Positions 25,515-34,024 of a stretch of 61,553 bases of DNA are shown one piece after another. Position numbers and translations under genes: made by a program. The DNA lies in the NCBI GenBank assembly GCA_021731495.1, contig JAKFXG010000002.1:1-61553 (forward strand), read 5' to 3'. Every line of letters begins with the position of its first letter. The stretch's first letter is position 1. Under the pieces are notes generated by a model. That model made no database searches. It worked only from the letters and a program-made list of their open reading frames with translations, and was not told where the DNA came from. The DNA comes from Candidatus Parcubacteria bacterium (GTDB lineage Bacteria; Patescibacteriota; Minisyncoccia; Phycocordibacterales; Phycocordibacteraceae).

Positions 25515-26504
25515 ATGGACGATACTATTACAAAAGAACAGGTGTTGAATGCCTACAATAATGCGCCAGATTTCGTTCGCGCCGCATTCAACGACGAAGT
25601 AACGACCCAGGTAGTTGTGGGGTTAAAGGCGAAATTCCAACTTCACATCGATATGGCCGGCATCCTTGCTAAGGAAGTGGGATACTTGCTTCTCGGTGTT
25701 ATCGATCCAGATACGTTTGCAAAACGCCTCAAGACTAGTGGTTTTTCTGAACAGATGGTTACAGAAATTATGGCCGAGCTCAATCAAAAAGTATTTGTTC
25801 CCCTGCGAACAAAAATGAGACGTGAGGGAGTAGAGACGGGCCAGACACCCGCTCCTGTCGCAAAGGTTCCACAACAGAGACCGATGGCGCCGCCGCCAAC
25901 TCCCACGGTAGGGGGAGTCTCCTCCTATTCTCCGCCTTTGCAGTCCCCGCGATATTCATACCCAGAGAATCCAATGCCTACCCAACCCCAGTATCAATCT
26001 ATTTCTAAGATCGCACCCTTGCCGCCGAAAAATGTGCTCCCACGCCCACCTTCACTTCCAGCTGTAGGAGGGTCACGCCCGGTTTCGGGACAAGTTCCAA
26101 AGCCAATGGACGCGAGCAGAATGCTCGAAGACCATGAGGAGCCGCATATCGAATTCAATAAAACACCTCCTGCGCCTGGTGTTCCTGTACGGGAGAAAAG
26201 AGTGGAAACGCCGCTCGGACAAGCATTGCGAACGGTGATGCCCTCAGTGCCTCCCACAAATCTTCCGGGCGTCATGCCAAAAAGTATCGCTCCCGGCGCT
26301 CGATACTCCTCATATACGGTCACCCCAAAGGCCAGCCCGGTTACTCCACCCATTCCCCCGAAACCAATTCCTCCCGTTACCCCTCCTGCTCCCCTAAACG
26401 CTTCGCCACGCGAGGCACCGGGCGAACATTATGCAAAGCAGAATGTTGTAGCCGCCAAACCCTATTCGGCCGACCCCTACCGCGAACCAATTGATGAAAA
26501 ATAG
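25515..26504 (+). CDS. hypothetical protein, about 100-aa N-domain then a long Pro-rich tail
   Basis: ORF tightly linked to the upstream gene. Carries repeat copy d near its C-terminus. Confidence 0.65.
   Translation: MDDTITKEQVLNAYNNAPDFVRAAFNDEVTTQVVVGLKAKFQLHIDMAGILAKEVGYLLLGVIDPDTFAKRLKTSGFSEQMVTEIMAELNQKVFVPLRTKMRREGVETGQTPAPVAKVPQQRPMAPPPTPTVGGVSSYSPPLQSPRYSYPENPMPTQPQYQSISKIAPLPPKNVLPRPPSLPAVGGSRPVSGQVPKPMDASRMLEDHEEPHIEFNKTPPAPGVPVREKRVETPLGQALRTVMPSVPPTNLPGVMPKSIAPGARYSSYTVTPKASPVTPPIPPKPIPPVTPPAPLNASPREAPGEHYAKQNVVAAKPYSADPYREPIDEK
26392..26451 (-). repeat. double-hairpin palindromic element, copy d (60 nt, in frame, diverged)
   Basis: Its reverse complement reads CTACAAC-[ATT/AAT hairpin]-GTTCGCCCGG-[GCCTCG/CGAAGC]-GTTTAGGG. 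Confidence 0.55.
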
Positions 26505-26589
26505 CGGATACGTTGTGTTTGACATAACATGTTTATTATAATATAGTCCGATTAGGTAACCTGTTCTCGCTGCGCAGAGAGGCGCCCAA

Positions 26590-26895
26590 ATGAAAAATTC
26601 AGAGAAAATTCTAATAACACTAAAATGTTCCGTGCAGCCAGTTCTCGATAAATATTGGGGTTTTGTCATTAAACAAAACCGGATTGGTGACAGAATAGAA
26701 GCTGCGTTTAGAAAAGCAACTTCCAAAGAAGACGGATTCTATTGGGGGATGTCCGACTTAGCCGAGGAACTTAAATTCCTTTCGTCCTGTGCTGCCTCGG
26801 AGGGTAAAGAGGAAATGTCTACGGATTTTGCCAACATCGCTGAAGAATGCGACAACGAATTTCACATCATAGTCAAACACCCTGAAGACGATTAG
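26590..26895 (+). CDS. hypothetical protein (101 aa) in an AT-richer spacer
   Basis: GAGAGG SD; followed by hairpins at 26893-26912 and 26939-26980. Confidence 0.45.
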   Translation: MKNSEKILITLKCSVQPVLDKYWGFVIKQNRIGDRIEAAFRKATSKEDGFYWGMSDLAEELKFLSSCAASEGKEEMSTDFANIAEECDNEFHIIVKHPEDD

Positions 26896-26938
26896 GGCAT
26901 GATTTGCCCTATCCTTGTCTTGCGAAAATGCAAACACA

Positions 26939-26980
26939 ACCGCCCCCTTAGAGACCCTTTATTGGTTCTGAAGGGGCGGT
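26939..26980 (+). terminator. rho-independent terminator
   Basis: ACCGCCCCCTT...AAGGGGCGGT followed by TTCTGTTT. Confidence 0.55.
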
Positions 26981-27149
26981 TTCTGTTTCCCTTCAATGGT
27001 TCGAACATTCTCTGTCCAGGTGATCTCCTAAATGGCGTTATTTTAATAGTGTCAAAATGAGCACTCATAGACGGGACTCAAATTCTGTTCGTAATTTTTT
27101 AAACTCAATTGACTGGCTTCACCCCTCAGTAAGAGCACTCTACAGATAG

Positions 27150-27178
27150 TTGCATTATCTGCGTTATTCCTTTATATT
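27150..27178 (+). promoter_or_regulatory. candidate str-operon promoter TTGCAT-17-TATATT
   Basis: Hexamers read directly, 33 nt upstream of the rpsL ATG. Confidence 0.5.
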
Positions 27179-27210
27179 GTTGCTGACCCTCTCGGGTCTT
27201 CTTTTTCTAA

Positions 27211-27624
27211 ATGGCTACCATCAATCAACTCTCAAAGAGAGGACGAAAGAACAAGTCACGCAAGACGACCGTGCCTGCTTTGGCGCGTGGTTTTAATGCA
27301 CTCAAGAATCGCCCGACGTTCTACCCATCGCCCTTCAAGCGCGGTGTGTGTACCAAGGTGACCACGAAGACCCCGAGAAAGCCAAACTCCGCTATCCGTA
27401 AGATCGCCCGTGTTCGCCTCACCAATGGCATGGAAGTCACTGCCTACATTCCGGGTGAAGGACACAACCTCCAGGAACACTCAGTCGTGATGCTTCGCGG
27501 CGGTCGTGTAAAGGACATCGGCGTTCAGTACACCATCGTGCGCGGCAAGCTCGACACCGCCGGCCTCGAGAAGCGTCGCTCGTCTCGTTCCCGCTATGGC
27601 GCGAAGCGCCCTTCGGCTAAATAA
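27211..27624 (+). CDS. rpsL: 30S ribosomal protein S12
   Basis: MATINQL...[39 protein letters not shown]. Confidence 0.97.
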   Translation: MATINQLSKRGRKNKSRKTTVPALARGFNALKNRPTFYPSPFKRGVCTKVTTKTPRKPNSAIRKIARVRLTNGMEVTAYIPGEGHNLQEHSVVMLRGGRVKDIGVQYTIVRGKLDTAGLEKRRSSRSRYGAKRPSAK

Positions 27625-27626
27625 CT

Positions 27627-28091
27627 ATGCGTCGTCCCCTTAAAAAGAAGCGAACTTGGCGTCCGGACCTCAAATACGGTTCGGAGACTCTCACGCGTTT
27701 CATCAATGCAGTCATGTGGGACGGAAAGAAGGACACGGCTCGTGCAGTCGTCTACGATGCTCTCGCTATCATCAAAGAAGGTGGAGCAGACCCGCTTGAG
27801 ACATTTGAATCGGCTCTCCGTAACGTGTCTCCTTTGATGGAAGTCCGCTCCCGCCGCGTCGGTGGTGCAAACTACCAGGTTCCCCGTGAAGTTCCGCAGA
27901 CACGCCGTCTCGCACTTTCATTCCGCTGGCTCATCAATGCGGCTCGCGCAAAGAAGGGCAAGCCGATGGCGGACAAGCTCGCTGCCGAATTCCTTCTTGC
28001 CGCAAAGAACGAAGGCGACGCTATCAAAAAGAAGGACGAGATGCACCGCATGGCGGATGCTAACAAGGCTTTTGCTCACTTCGCGTGGTAG
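27627..28091 (+). CDS. rpsG: 30S ribosomal protein S7
   Basis: S7 family sequence (..VEVRSRRVGGANYQVP..); follows rpsL. Confidence 0.97.
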   Translation: MRRPLKKKRTWRPDLKYGSETLTRFINAVMWDGKKDTARAVVYDALAIIKEGGADPLETFESALRNVSPLMEVRSRRVGGANYQVPREVPQTRRLALSFRWLINAARAKKGKPMADKLAAEFLLAAKNEGDAIKKKDEMHRMADANKAFAHFAW

Positions 28092-28111
28092 TAGTTTAAA
28101 GAATATAGAAT

Positions 28112-28145
28112 AAAAACCTGCGCCCTTTTGGCGCAGGTTTTGTGT
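28112..28145 (+). terminator. rho-independent terminator after rpsG
   Basis: CCTGCGCC-CTTTT-GGCGCAGG followed by TTTTGTGTT. Confidence 0.7.
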
Positions 28146-28195
28146 TATGGTCATATGTGGTTGGTCCTTAGTTTTTCAAGGGTAAGAATGTGGGG

Positions 28196-28458
28196 CTGAG
28201 TCCTCAGAACCCAATCTTGCGAAGACAATGGACGTGCGCATGGAGTGCAGTAACGCGTGGGAACTTACTCGGTACTTTCGATGGCCCACGACGGACCAGC
28301 TAGTTGGCGAGGCAATGGCTCACCAAGGCGATGACCTGTAGGAGGTGTTCTCCGCAAAGTCTCCCTGTACATGTTTGGCTTGCAGCCGCAGTCTACTCAT
28401 GACTCTTCACCAACCGCTTTCAAAAGCCCCTCCGTTTTATGGTCGGGCTTTCTTTTTT
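28196..28458 (+). ncRNA. candidate non-coding RNA with two 16S rRNA 5'-domain-like blocks (mimic or relic)
   Basis: 28243-28264 GAGTGCAGTAACGCGTGGGAAC and 28280-28335 GATGGCCCACGACGGACCAGCTAGTTGGCGAGGCAATGGCTCACCAAGGCGATGAC. Possible TTGGTC-17-AAGAAT promoter at 28161-28189 and a terminator at 28423-28458. Confidence 0.4.
28423..28458 (+). terminator. hairpin plus T-run
   Basis: AAAGCCC...GGGCTTT followed by CTTTTTT. Confidence 0.45.
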
Positions 28459-28500
28459 CCGCAGTTTCCGCTATTCTCTACCTAACGCCACGGCGCCTTT

Positions 28501-28567
28501 TACTGCCAAGCGAGTGAGTGAAAAAGAAATTCCCATTTCGTTTTTCCGAACGAGCGCTGGTAGAAAG
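28501..28567. repeat. about 67-nt hairpin repeat, copy C (TACTGCCAAGCGAG...GGTAGAAAG), in the fusA 5' region
   Basis: Shares 14 identical 5' nt and a similar 3' block with 5432-5499. The central hairpin is of different sequence. Confidence 0.5.
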
Positions 28568-28599
28568 ATGCCGGAGGCAGCTTATTTTTTATCTAATTT

Positions 28600-30747
28600 A
28601 TGAATCGAGATTACCCTCTAGAAAAGGTTAGAAACTTTGGAATTATCGCCAACATCGACGCGGGGAAGACGACTACGTCTGAGCGCGTGCTTTTCTATAC
28701 GGGTAGCCAACACAAGATCGGCGAAGTGCACGAGGGCGAAACGACGACCGACTGGATGGAGCAGGAGCGTGAGCGCGGCATCACTATCACTGCGGCGGCA
28801 ATCACCTGTTTCTGGACGAAGACTGGAGAGCCAGATAAGAAAGACACGGCAAAGAAGTTCCGTTTCAACGTTATCGACACGCCGGGACACATCGACTTCA
28901 CTGCGGAGGTGAAGCGCTCCATGCGCGTGCTCGACGGGGCTGTTGTCGTCTTCGACGGTGTTGCAGGCGTCGAGCCGCAGTCCGAGACCAACTGGCGCTA
29001 TGCCGACGAGGCAAAGGTGCCGCGCATCTGTTTCATCAATAAGCTCGATCGTACGGGAGCATCTTTTGAACACTCCTACGCAAGCATCCTCGACCGACTC
29101 TCGCCGAAAGCTATTCGCATGCAGATTCCTATCGGCGAAGAGTCTGCTCATGAGGGATCCATCGATCTTCTCACCATGAAGGCGTACTCGTTCTCCGGGA
29201 ACATGGGTGAAGAGGTGACGACAGGCGAAATCCCGGAGGCCCTCCTTGAGGATGCAAAAAAATATCGTGCAGAACTCATCGAACGCATTGTGGAACAAGA
29301 CGATGCCGCGATGAGTGCGTATCTCGACGGTAAGGAGCCAAGCGTCGAAGAGCTAAAGGCAATTTTGCGCAAGGCGGTTATTGGGAACGAAATATTCCCA
29401 GTCTATTGCGGAAGCGCGCTCAAGAATAAAGGCGTACAGCTCGTGCTCGATGCCGTTGTTGACTACCTTCCTTCACCACTTGATCTTCCGCCTGCTACCG
29501 GAAGGAACCCGAAGACGAGTGAACCTATCGAGCGTCATGCATCGGACGATGAACCGTTCTGCGCGCTCGCTTTCAAACTCCAAACCGACCCGTTCGTCGG
29601 CGCACTGACCTTCTTCCGTGTTTATTCAGGCACACTCACTGCCGGCTCATACGTTTACAACTCAACCACCGGCACCAAGGAGCGCGTCGGCCGTATCGTG
29701 CGCCTGCAGGCTGACAAGCGCGAAGAAGTCGCGAAGGTATTTACAGGCGAAATCGCTGCTGCTGTGGGTCTCAAGGATACGAAAACGTCCCACACACTTT
29801 GTGATGAGGCGAACCCAATCACGCTAGAAGAAATTAAATTCCCTGAGCCGGTGGTATCGCTTCGCATCGAGCCGAAGACCAAGGCTGACCAAGAGAAGAT
29901 GGGTGTCGCACTCCGCAAACTTTCGGACGAGGACCCGACCTTCCGCATCAAGACCGACGAAGAGACCGGCGAGACCATCATTTCCGGCATGGGCGAACTG
30001 CATCTCGAAATCCTCGTTGACCGCATGAAGCGCGAATTCGGCGTCGTCGCAGATGTGGGCAAGCCGCAAGTGGCGTACCGCGAAACGATTCTCAGCTCCG
30101 CAGAGGCAGAAGGAAAGTACATCAAGCAGACCGGTGGTCGCGGCCAGTACGGTCATGTGAAGATCAAGATGAAGAAGATGGAACCAGTCGATCCGGAAAA
30201 GAAAGTTTCAAAAAATATTACACGCGAAGACCATTTCGAGTTCATCAACAACATCAAAGGAGGCGTCGTTCCGCAGGAATACATCCCGGCGGTGGAGAAG
30301 GGTATGCGCGAAGCTATGGGACGAGGACATCTCGCCGGGTTCCCAATGGTTGATATCTCTATCGACCTCTACGACGGCTCGTACCACGACGTGGACTCTT
30401 CGGAAATCGCCTTTAAGATCGCAGCGTCGATGGCGTTTAAGGAAGCGGCTCAAAAAGCGAAGCCGGTTATCCTTGAGCCGATCATGCGCGTCGAGGTCAT
30501 CGTGCCGGATCAGTTCATGGGCGACATCACCGGCAATCTTTCCGGCAAGCGCGCACAGATAGAAGGTATGGAGGAGCGCGGTATGAATAAAGTCGTGCAC
30601 GCCAAGGTGCCACTTTCTGAAATGTTCGGTTATACCACCACGCTCCGCTCCATGACCGAAGGCCGCGGAAGCATGACAATGGAATTCGACCACTACGATA
30701 CGGTCCCGAAGAATGTGGCAGACGATATCATCGCGAGCCGAAAGTAA
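28600..30747 (+). CDS. fusA: elongation factor G
   Basis: [28 protein letters not shown], full-length EF-G. Confidence 0.97.
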   Translation: MNRDYPLEKVRNFGIIANIDAGKTTTSERVLFYTGSQHKIGEVHEGETTTDWMEQERERGITITAAAITCFWTKTGEPDKKDTAKKFRFNVIDTPGHIDFTAEVKRSMRVLDGAVVVFDGVAGVEPQSETNWRYADEAKVPRICFINKLDRTGASFEHSYASILDRLSPKAIRMQIPIGEESAHEGSIDLLTMKAYSFSGNMGEEVTTGEIPEALLEDAKKYRAELIERIVEQDDAAMSAYLDGKEPSVEELKAILRKAVIGNEIFPVYCGSALKNKGVQLVLDAVVDYLPSPLDLPPATGRNPKTSEPIERHASDDEPFCALAFKLQTDPFVGALTFFRVYSGTLTAGSYVYNSTTGTKERVGRIVRLQADKREEVAKVFTGEIAAAVGLKDTKTSHTLCDEANPITLEEIKFPEPVVSLRIEPKTKADQEKMGVALRKLSDEDPTFRIKTDEETGETIISGMGELHLEILVDRMKREFGVVADVGKPQVAYRETILSSAEAEGKYIKQTGGRGQYGHVKIKMKKMEPVDPEKKVSKNITREDHFEFINNIKGGVVPQEYIPAVEKGMREAMGRGHLAGFPMVDISIDLYDGSYHDVDSSEIAFKIAASMAFKEAAQKAKPVILEPIMRVEVIVPDQFMGDITGNLSGKRAQIEGMEERGMNKVVHAKVPLSEMFGYTTTLRSMTEGRGSMTMEFDHYDTVPKNVADDIIASRK

Positions 30748-30756
30748 TAGTATTTT

Positions 30757-30794
30757 ATAAAGACGCCGCCGCATTTCTGCGGCGGCGTCTTTAT
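30757..30794 (+). terminator. perfect 17-bp hairpin terminator after fusA
   Basis: ATAAAGACGCCGCCGCA-TTTC-TGCGGCGGCGTCTTTAT. Confidence 0.75.
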
Positions 30795-30809
30795 TGTCCC
30801 CGTAGAGAG

Positions 30810-30838
30810 TTGCATTTCCCAACAGGCTTGCGTATAGT
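30810..30838 (+). promoter_or_regulatory. candidate tuf promoter TTGCAT-17-TATAGT
   Basis: Hexamers read directly. They imply a structured 5' UTR of about 150 nt. Confidence 0.5.
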
Positions 30839-30914
30839 GCTTCTAACGCATCTTGGCGTCGCTCTTTGGCTTGTCTGCTTTTGTGAGTCGGCAAGCTATT
30901 GAGTTTGTTCCGAC

Positions 30915-30954
30915 TCACCCCAGTACCACAACCTCGGTTGGCTACGGGGCAAGC
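30915..30954. repeat. left arm of the inverted repeat bracketing tuf-rpsJ (CCCCAGT...ACGGGGCAAGC hairpin family)
   Basis: Matches the reverse complement of 32614-32662 with one mismatch and a 9-nt loop indel. Confidence 0.7.
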
Positions 30955-30996
30955 GTCGGATATTCGTGATTAATTATTAACGTTATCCGATTTACT

Positions 30997-32196
30997 ATGG
31001 CAGAATTTAATCGAAGCAAGCCGCACATGAACGTGGGCACCATCGGTCACGTGGACCATGGAAAGACGACTCTCACCGCAGGTATCCTGCATGTTCTCTC
31101 GATGCTCACCGGCGAGGGCTACAGCGCCCGCGTTGAAGGCGTCGATAAGATCGACAGTGCACCTGAGGAAAAGGCGCGCGGTATTACTATTGCGCTCCAC
31201 CACTCGGAGTACGAGTCACCAAACCGTCACTACGCGCACATTGATGCGCCAGGACACGCTGACTACATCAAGAACATGATCACGGGCGCCGCCCAAATGG
31301 ACGGAGCCGTACTTGTGGTTGCCGCAACTGATGGTGTGATGCCTCAGACACGTGAGCACATCCTCCTTGCAAAGCAGGTGGGTCTCAAGAAGCTCATCGT
31401 TTTCCTTAACAAGGTAGACATGGTTGCCGAGGCTGACCTCATCGACCTCGTCGAAGAGGAAATCCGCGAGCTTCTGACCAAGCAGGGCTACGATGGTGCC
31501 GCTACGCCGATTATCCGCGGTTCGGGCCTTAAGGCTCTTGAATCAAAGGATGTCAGCGACGAGTGGGCACAGAAGGTTAAGAGCCTTGTTGACACGATGG
31601 ACACATACTTCGACCAGCCTGAGCGCGAAGTATCGAAGCCGTTCCTCATGCCTATCGAAGACATCTTCTCGATCGAAGGTCGTGGCACCGTGGTCACTGG
31701 CCGTATCGAGCGCGGTGTTGTGAAGGTAGGTGAAGAAGTTGAGATCGTCGGTATTAAGGCGACCGTCAAGACGACCGTCACCGGTATCGAAATGTTCAAC
31801 AAACAGCTCCAGGAAGGTATGGCGGGCGACAACGCCGGCATTTTGCTCCGCGGTACGAAGAAAGAAGACGTGCATCGCGGCCAGGTCCTCGCAAAGAGCG
31901 GCTCGGTCACTCCGCACACCGACTTCGAAGCCGAGGTCTACATTCTCGGCAAGGATGAAGGCGGTCGCCACACGCCATTCTTCTCGGGTTACAAGCCGCA
32001 GTTCTACATCCGCACAACGGACGTCACCGGTGAAGTAACGCTCGCAGAAGGAAAGGAAATGGTCATGCCAGGAGACACGGTCACTTTCAAGGTGAAGCTC
32101 GTTGCTCCGGTTGCGCTCGAAGCACAACAGCGCTTCGCCATTCGCGAAGGAGGTAAGACGGTCGGTGCCGGTGTCGTGACGAAGATCACTGCGTAA
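30997..32196 (+). CDS. tuf: elongation factor Tu
   Basis: [31 protein letters not shown]. Confidence 0.98.
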   Translation: MAEFNRSKPHMNVGTIGHVDHGKTTLTAGILHVLSMLTGEGYSARVEGVDKIDSAPEEKARGITIALHHSEYESPNRHYAHIDAPGHADYIKNMITGAAQMDGAVLVVAATDGVMPQTREHILLAKQVGLKKLIVFLNKVDMVAEADLIDLVEEEIRELLTKQGYDGAATPIIRGSGLKALESKDVSDEWAQKVKSLVDTMDTYFDQPEREVSKPFLMPIEDIFSIEGRGTVVTGRIERGVVKVGEEVEIVGIKATVKTTVTGIEMFNKQLQEGMAGDNAGILLRGTKKEDVHRGQVLAKSGSVTPHTDFEAEVYILGKDEGGRHTPFFSGYKPQFYIRTTDVTGEVTLAEGKEMVMPGDTVTFKVKLVAPVALEAQQRFAIREGGKTVGAGVVTKITA

Positions 32197-32221
32197 TACC
32201 GACTTCGGAATTACTACTCAT

Positions 32222-32611
32222 ATGGCTACAGCGACAACAGCAAAACCTAAAGCGAAGAGCGCCCCAAAGCGTGCCGCGAAAAAGGTCGCAGCCCCGGCTC
32301 CTGTGGAGCATAAGCTCCGCATCCGTGTCCGCGCCTATGAGCACAAGATTCTCGATCTCTCGGTGAAGCAGATCATGGATACTGCAGCCCGCTTTGATGC
32401 CGTCGTTGTCGGCCCTGTGCCGCTTCCGACTGAGATCAAGCGCTGGACCGTGAACCGTTCGACGTTCGTCCACAAAGACGCTCGCGAGCAGTTCGAGATG
32501 CGCATCCATAAGCGTCTCATCGACATCCTCAACCCCTCGCCGAAGGTCATCGAGGCCCTTACCAATCTGAACCTGCCAAGTGGTGTCACGATTGACGTGA
32601 AGATGGTATAG
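32222..32611 (+). CDS. rpsJ: 30S ribosomal protein S10 with a Lys/Ala-rich N-terminal extension
   Basis: KLRIRVRAYEHKILD...GPVPLPT... core, preceded by about 28 extra residues. Confidence 0.95.
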   Translation: MATATTAKPKAKSAPKRAAKKVAAPAPVEHKLRIRVRAYEHKILDLSVKQIMDTAARFDAVVVGPVPLPTEIKRWTVNRSTFVHKDAREQFEMRIHKRLIDILNPSPKVIEALTNLNLPSGVTIDVKMV

Positions 32612-32613
32612 AT

Positions 32614-32662
32614 GCTTGCCCCGTAGCCAACCGAGCAAAGCGAGGTTGTGGTACCGGGGTGA
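32614..32662. repeat. right arm of the inverted repeat bracketing tuf-rpsJ (GCTTGCCCCGT...CCGGGG)
   Basis: Begins 3 nt after the rpsJ stop; reverse complement of 30915-30954. Confidence 0.7.
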
Positions 32663-32687
32663 AAATGGTTTAAAAAAGACAGCCAAG

Positions 32688-32723
32688 AAACACAAAACCG
32701 CCCTGAAGGGCGGTTTTGTGTTT
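32688..32723 (+). terminator. rho-independent terminator
   Basis: AAACACAAAACCGCCC-TGAA-GGGCGGTTTTGTGTTT. Confidence 0.75.
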
Positions 32724-32769
32724 CCCATTAAATTTTGGTAGTGTCCACCGCAGGAAGGGAAGGTGTTCC

Positions 32770-32994
32770 ATGCAATGGTCTAGAAAAAATCTCAACAATT
32801 ATCTACATGCACGACTGAGGCGGACCAACTCCCGCCTCAGAGAGCTTGAAGAGCAAAGAAAAGCCTGGAGTGCGATGGAGTTTGCAGAAAATGCCTTCGC
32901 AGATTTCTATAAACACAATTTCGATTTTCTCTCTGGAGAACGGGAAAGGCTTGTGAACAGACTCAATCTTTCTAAGGAGCAAGCAGAATCCTAA
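32770..32994 (+). CDS. small hypothetical coiled-coil protein (74 aa)
   Basis: GGAAGGGAAGG purine tract before the ATG; AT-richer island. Confidence 0.4.
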   Translation: MQWSRKNLNNYLHARLRRTNSRLRELEEQRKAWSAMEFAENAFADFYKHNFDFLSGERERLVNRLNLSKEQAES

Positions 32995-33016
32995 ACAAAA
33001 TTGAGTGCTATCGAAT

Positions 33017-33045
33017 AGGCCCCGGACGGAAACGTCTCGGGGCCT
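33017..33045. terminator. bidirectional terminator between convergent genes
   Basis: AGGCCCCGGACG-GAAA-CGTCTCGGGGCCT followed by TGTTGCGTTTTT. Confidence 0.65.
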
Positions 33046-33065
33046 TGTTGCGTTTTTAGAGTGGG

Positions 33066-33845
33066 TCACTCTGTTTTAAACAGTTTTGTGGGGATGTCCA
33101 TTCTTCTACCCGAATCGTGCATAAACTTGAACAGTGAGTTTAAAAGAGCCACAACGTCTTTATTTCCAATAACGACACCAATTTCATCCTGCCAATTCGC
33201 AAGCATTGCGTGATTGCCAATGATATATAGGTCGCTCAAATACCGTAGATATTCCTCCGGTACTACCGACGTATGTGCCAATCGCCCAGCAAAGCTCTTG
33301 AACCACTCGCGTCCGTAGACACCACTCAACCGTCCTACGAAATTCTCCTCCAGAACTCCTTGGACGATAATGCCACGCTGCTTGATGAGTTCGTTTATTT
33401 TAATTGTTTCCTGTAGACCCATTTTCTCCATTGCCGCCAGAGCCGAGATTGTCGGTTGCACGCCGGTAAATCGTCCGTTACGTGGCAGAGATTCCAGTAG
33501 TGCCCGAAGTGTTCGTGTAAGATCGTCCGCACCACGAATGAGTGTGAAGCCGGGAACTGACATATCAGCTACAGATACACCAAGAGATTTTGTACTCGCA
33601 AGAATACTACGTTCGATGCTACCTTGTGGAGCCCGTCTCCATACTAAACGTTTGCCTTGTGTATGCGACTCAGCAAGGCCACGCCTGGCTAGAGCATCAA
33701 GAGTACGCAATAAAGTCGTTCTTGGTAAGCGTGTTTTGCGTACAAGCTGGGCGGGAAGGTTTGCCTGATCAACAGAGAGGGAAGAAAAAGCCTTTTTCTC
33801 AGCCTGTGTCAGACTAAAGATATTGGGCTTATCTTTCGTGTTCAT
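33066..33845 (-). CDS. TrmB/MarR-like winged-helix regulator with a C-terminal domain
   Basis: N-terminal wHTH pattern LPAQLVRKTRLPRTTLLRTLDALARRGL. Same architecture as the gene at 1-501. Confidence 0.6.
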   Translation of the reverse strand: MNTKDKPNIFSLTQAEKKAFSSLSVDQANLPAQLVRKTRLPRTTLLRTLDALARRGLAESHTQGKRLVWRRAPQGSIERSILASTKSLGVSVADMSVPGFTLIRGADDLTRTLRALLESLPRNGRFTGVQPTISALAAMEKMGLQETIKINELIKQRGIIVQGVLEENFVGRLSGVYGREWFKSFAGRLAHTSVVPEEYLRYLSDLYIIGNHAMLANWQDEIGVVIGNKDVVALLNSLFKFMHDSGRRMDIPTKLFKTE

Positions 33846-34024
33846 GTTCTGGCACTCTAACAAATAACCGGATTTCGGTCAAATATTACCACTTATACAT
33901 CCTTTACTTTAAAGATATTTTGTTGTTCCCACATAATGTCGTGATATTTTTTGAAAACGCAAAGTAGAGCGAGTAGAGTTATTCGCGGAGTTCCCCCTAA
34001 CCCGTTAATTAGGAGAGTTGAGAT

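Noticed and set aside
28338-28360. CCTGTAGGAGGTGTTCT as a remnant of the 16S CCTACGGGAGGCAGCAG block, or AGGAGG as an RBS for a 47-codon ORF.
   Set aside because: The similarity is too short and gapped to support. The only start after AGGAGG is an overlapping GTG with no spacing.
32255-32300. Similarity between the rpsJ N-terminal extension DNA (CCCAAAGCGTGCCGCGAAAAAGG) and the palindromic element's CCCTAAACGCGCCGCGAAG.
   Set aside because: Only a core of about 8 nt is shared, and none of the other conserved blocks is present.
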